Positions 44,526-45,595 of a stretch of DNA of 45,595 bases are shown one piece after another (the stretch's first letter is position 1; each line of letters opens with the position of its first letter). The notes under the pieces are model-generated. The model searched no databases. It worked only from the letters and a program-made list of their open reading frames with translations, and was not told the DNA's origin. The stretch comes from Adineta ricciae (Eukaryota). The position numbers and the translations under genes were made by a program. The stretch is from assembly GCA_905250025.1 (NCBI GenBank), contig CAJNOJ010000205.1:144292-189886 (forward strand), read 5' to 3'.

Positions 44526-45498
44526 TTAACTAATTGCATCTATGATCGTTTTCAAAAAATTATTAGCACCATACTCTTCATCGGGTGTTTTTGTCAAGCC
44601 TAATCGAACAACAACTAACTTCTTCGATGGAATAATAAATACTGCTTGACCATCAAAACCACTGGCAAAAAACATATCTGTTGGTACATCGGGTAAGCGC
44701 CGTGTGGATGGATCATTCTCCTTTCCTGTGTTTAGCCAAAATTGATAACCGTATTCACCGTGAAGATTAGAACCTCCTAATGTTGCTGATTGTTTAACCC
44801 ATTCTTCTGATAAAATCTGTTCATTGTTATAAAAGCCTTTATTCATATATAACAAACCAAATCGTGCCAACAAATGTACCCGATGCATCAACTTCCATCG
44901 TCATATTGTTCATGCCAAGTTTATGAAACAGAGCCCGATAGGGAAATGAATGATAGTCCTGTTCGCCAACAGTATGTCGAATAATGCGCGATAGTATATT
45001 TGTATTTCCGCTAGTATAGTAACAATACGTTCCTGGTTTATGTTTTAGTGCATGTGAAGCAGCAAATGCAGCCATATCGCCGGTGTTGAATAACATTTGA
45101 GTAACATCACTATTTGAATAATAATCTTCGACAAAATCTAAGCCACTATTTTGTTGCAGCAAATGTTTGATTGTGATTGAATGTCGAGGATCATCAGTAT
45201 TATTCCATTCCGGTACTGGTGCAGGTGTATCAATATTCAGTTTGTTGTCTTTGACGAGGATGCCGACTAATGCACTGATAATACTCTTTGTCATACTCCA
45301 ACCTAAAAATTTCGTTGATCGGGAATAACCGGTGCCATATCGTTCGGCAATTAATGCGCCATCGTACACAACGATGACTGCTCGTGTACGTATCAATTTA
45401 GTGGGATCTTTCTCAATGAATAGCATGTCTACAGCTTCTTGTACTAATGCTCGATTGACGTTAACTGGGTAAACCTCGTCGCTGATTTTATTACCCAT
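44526..45498 (-). CDS. Beta-lactamase / penicillin-binding-protein-family serine hydrolase (S-x-x-K), complete at the 5' end (ATG at 45498). It carries a 1-nt frameshift near 44870-44895 and may be a pseudogene.
   Basis: The active-site motif is GWSMTKSIISALVGIL. Later segments are conserved in order: YCYYTSGNTNILSRIIRHTVGEQDYHSFPYRALFHKLGMNNMTMEVDASG in one frame, then (H)LLARFGLLYMNKGFYNNEQILSEEWVKQS...YQFWLN...DMFFASGFDGQAVFIIPSKKLVVVRLG in the +1 frame. The upstream in-frame stop shows that the ATG at 45498 is the start. Confidence 0.6.
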
Positions 45499-45595
45499 TG
45501 GCCAGGGAAGGTCATCTTGATTGACGTTTGGTGGCGTGGGAACTTTAAATGGTTGAGTACGGATTTGTTATATATGAATAAAGGCTTTTATAACA

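Noticed and set aside
44850-44895. A 43-nt GTACAT...AATAAAG candidate intron that would repair the beta-lactamase frameshift
   Set aside because: It would delete the conserved ...ARFGLLYMNKG motif that every family member keeps. An indel or pseudogene explanation is therefore more likely.
1-45595. Search for rRNA, tRNA, CRISPR arrays, transposase, reverse-transcriptase or integrase ORFs, and long terminal or inverted repeats
   Set aside because: I saw none. There is no array of spaced direct repeats and no RT/RNaseH/IN/DDE motif in any frame I read. The only repeats are two short microsatellites. I did not run tRNAscan-style structure checks, so a tRNA cannot be excluded.

Overview
This window is not prokaryotic DNA. 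It is an AT-rich, gene-dense stretch of a eukaryotic nuclear genome, and I found no rRNA, tRNA or CRISPR features. Most genes are interrupted by very short GT-AG introns of 42-66 bp. The ORF track therefore fragments them, and several of its ORFs begin at TTG or GTG rather than ATG. I resolved about 26 gene models by reading across the splice sites and checking that codon phase agrees with the track. The position-1 parallel beta-helix gene lies entirely outside the ORF track, so it rests on my hand translation alone. All hand-derived coordinates should be treated as accurate to about +/-2 nt.

Two kinds of gene are present. The first is expanded metazoan-type families: F-box/RNI-type leucine-rich-repeat genes, including two in which every 84-nt exon is exactly one repeat; a RING/TRAF-type zinc-finger/coiled-coil/LRR gene; NHL/TRIM-like remnants; a 1626-aa receptor combining LDL-receptor class A, EGF and 7TM domains; two further 7TM receptors; an 8-exon, 1881-aa DDX60/Ski2-like DExH helicase; and an arginine ADP-ribosyltransferase fused to TPR repeats. 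The second is genes of bacterial or fungal type, some of which have since acquired introns: an intronless secreted parallel beta-helix protein (positions 1-2417), a signal-peptide exon joined to a DUF4177-like domain, a PAN/apple domain joined to a GH128 beta-1,3-glucanase, a microbial-type (DUF2263) PARG-like macrodomain protein, a beta-lactamase-family serine hydrolase carrying a frameshift, a possible LURP-one-like secreted protein, and an AKR7-like aldo-keto reductase whose origin could be either metazoan or foreign.

The combination of tiny introns, high gene density and many foreign-looking genes is what one would expect from a bdelloid-rotifer-like genome. That attribution is inference, not proof. 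The most interesting feature is a divergent pair transcribed from a shared ~1.1 kb region: the ADP-ribosyltransferase-TPR gene and the PARG-like macrodomain gene, a candidate writer/eraser pair for ADP-ribosylation.
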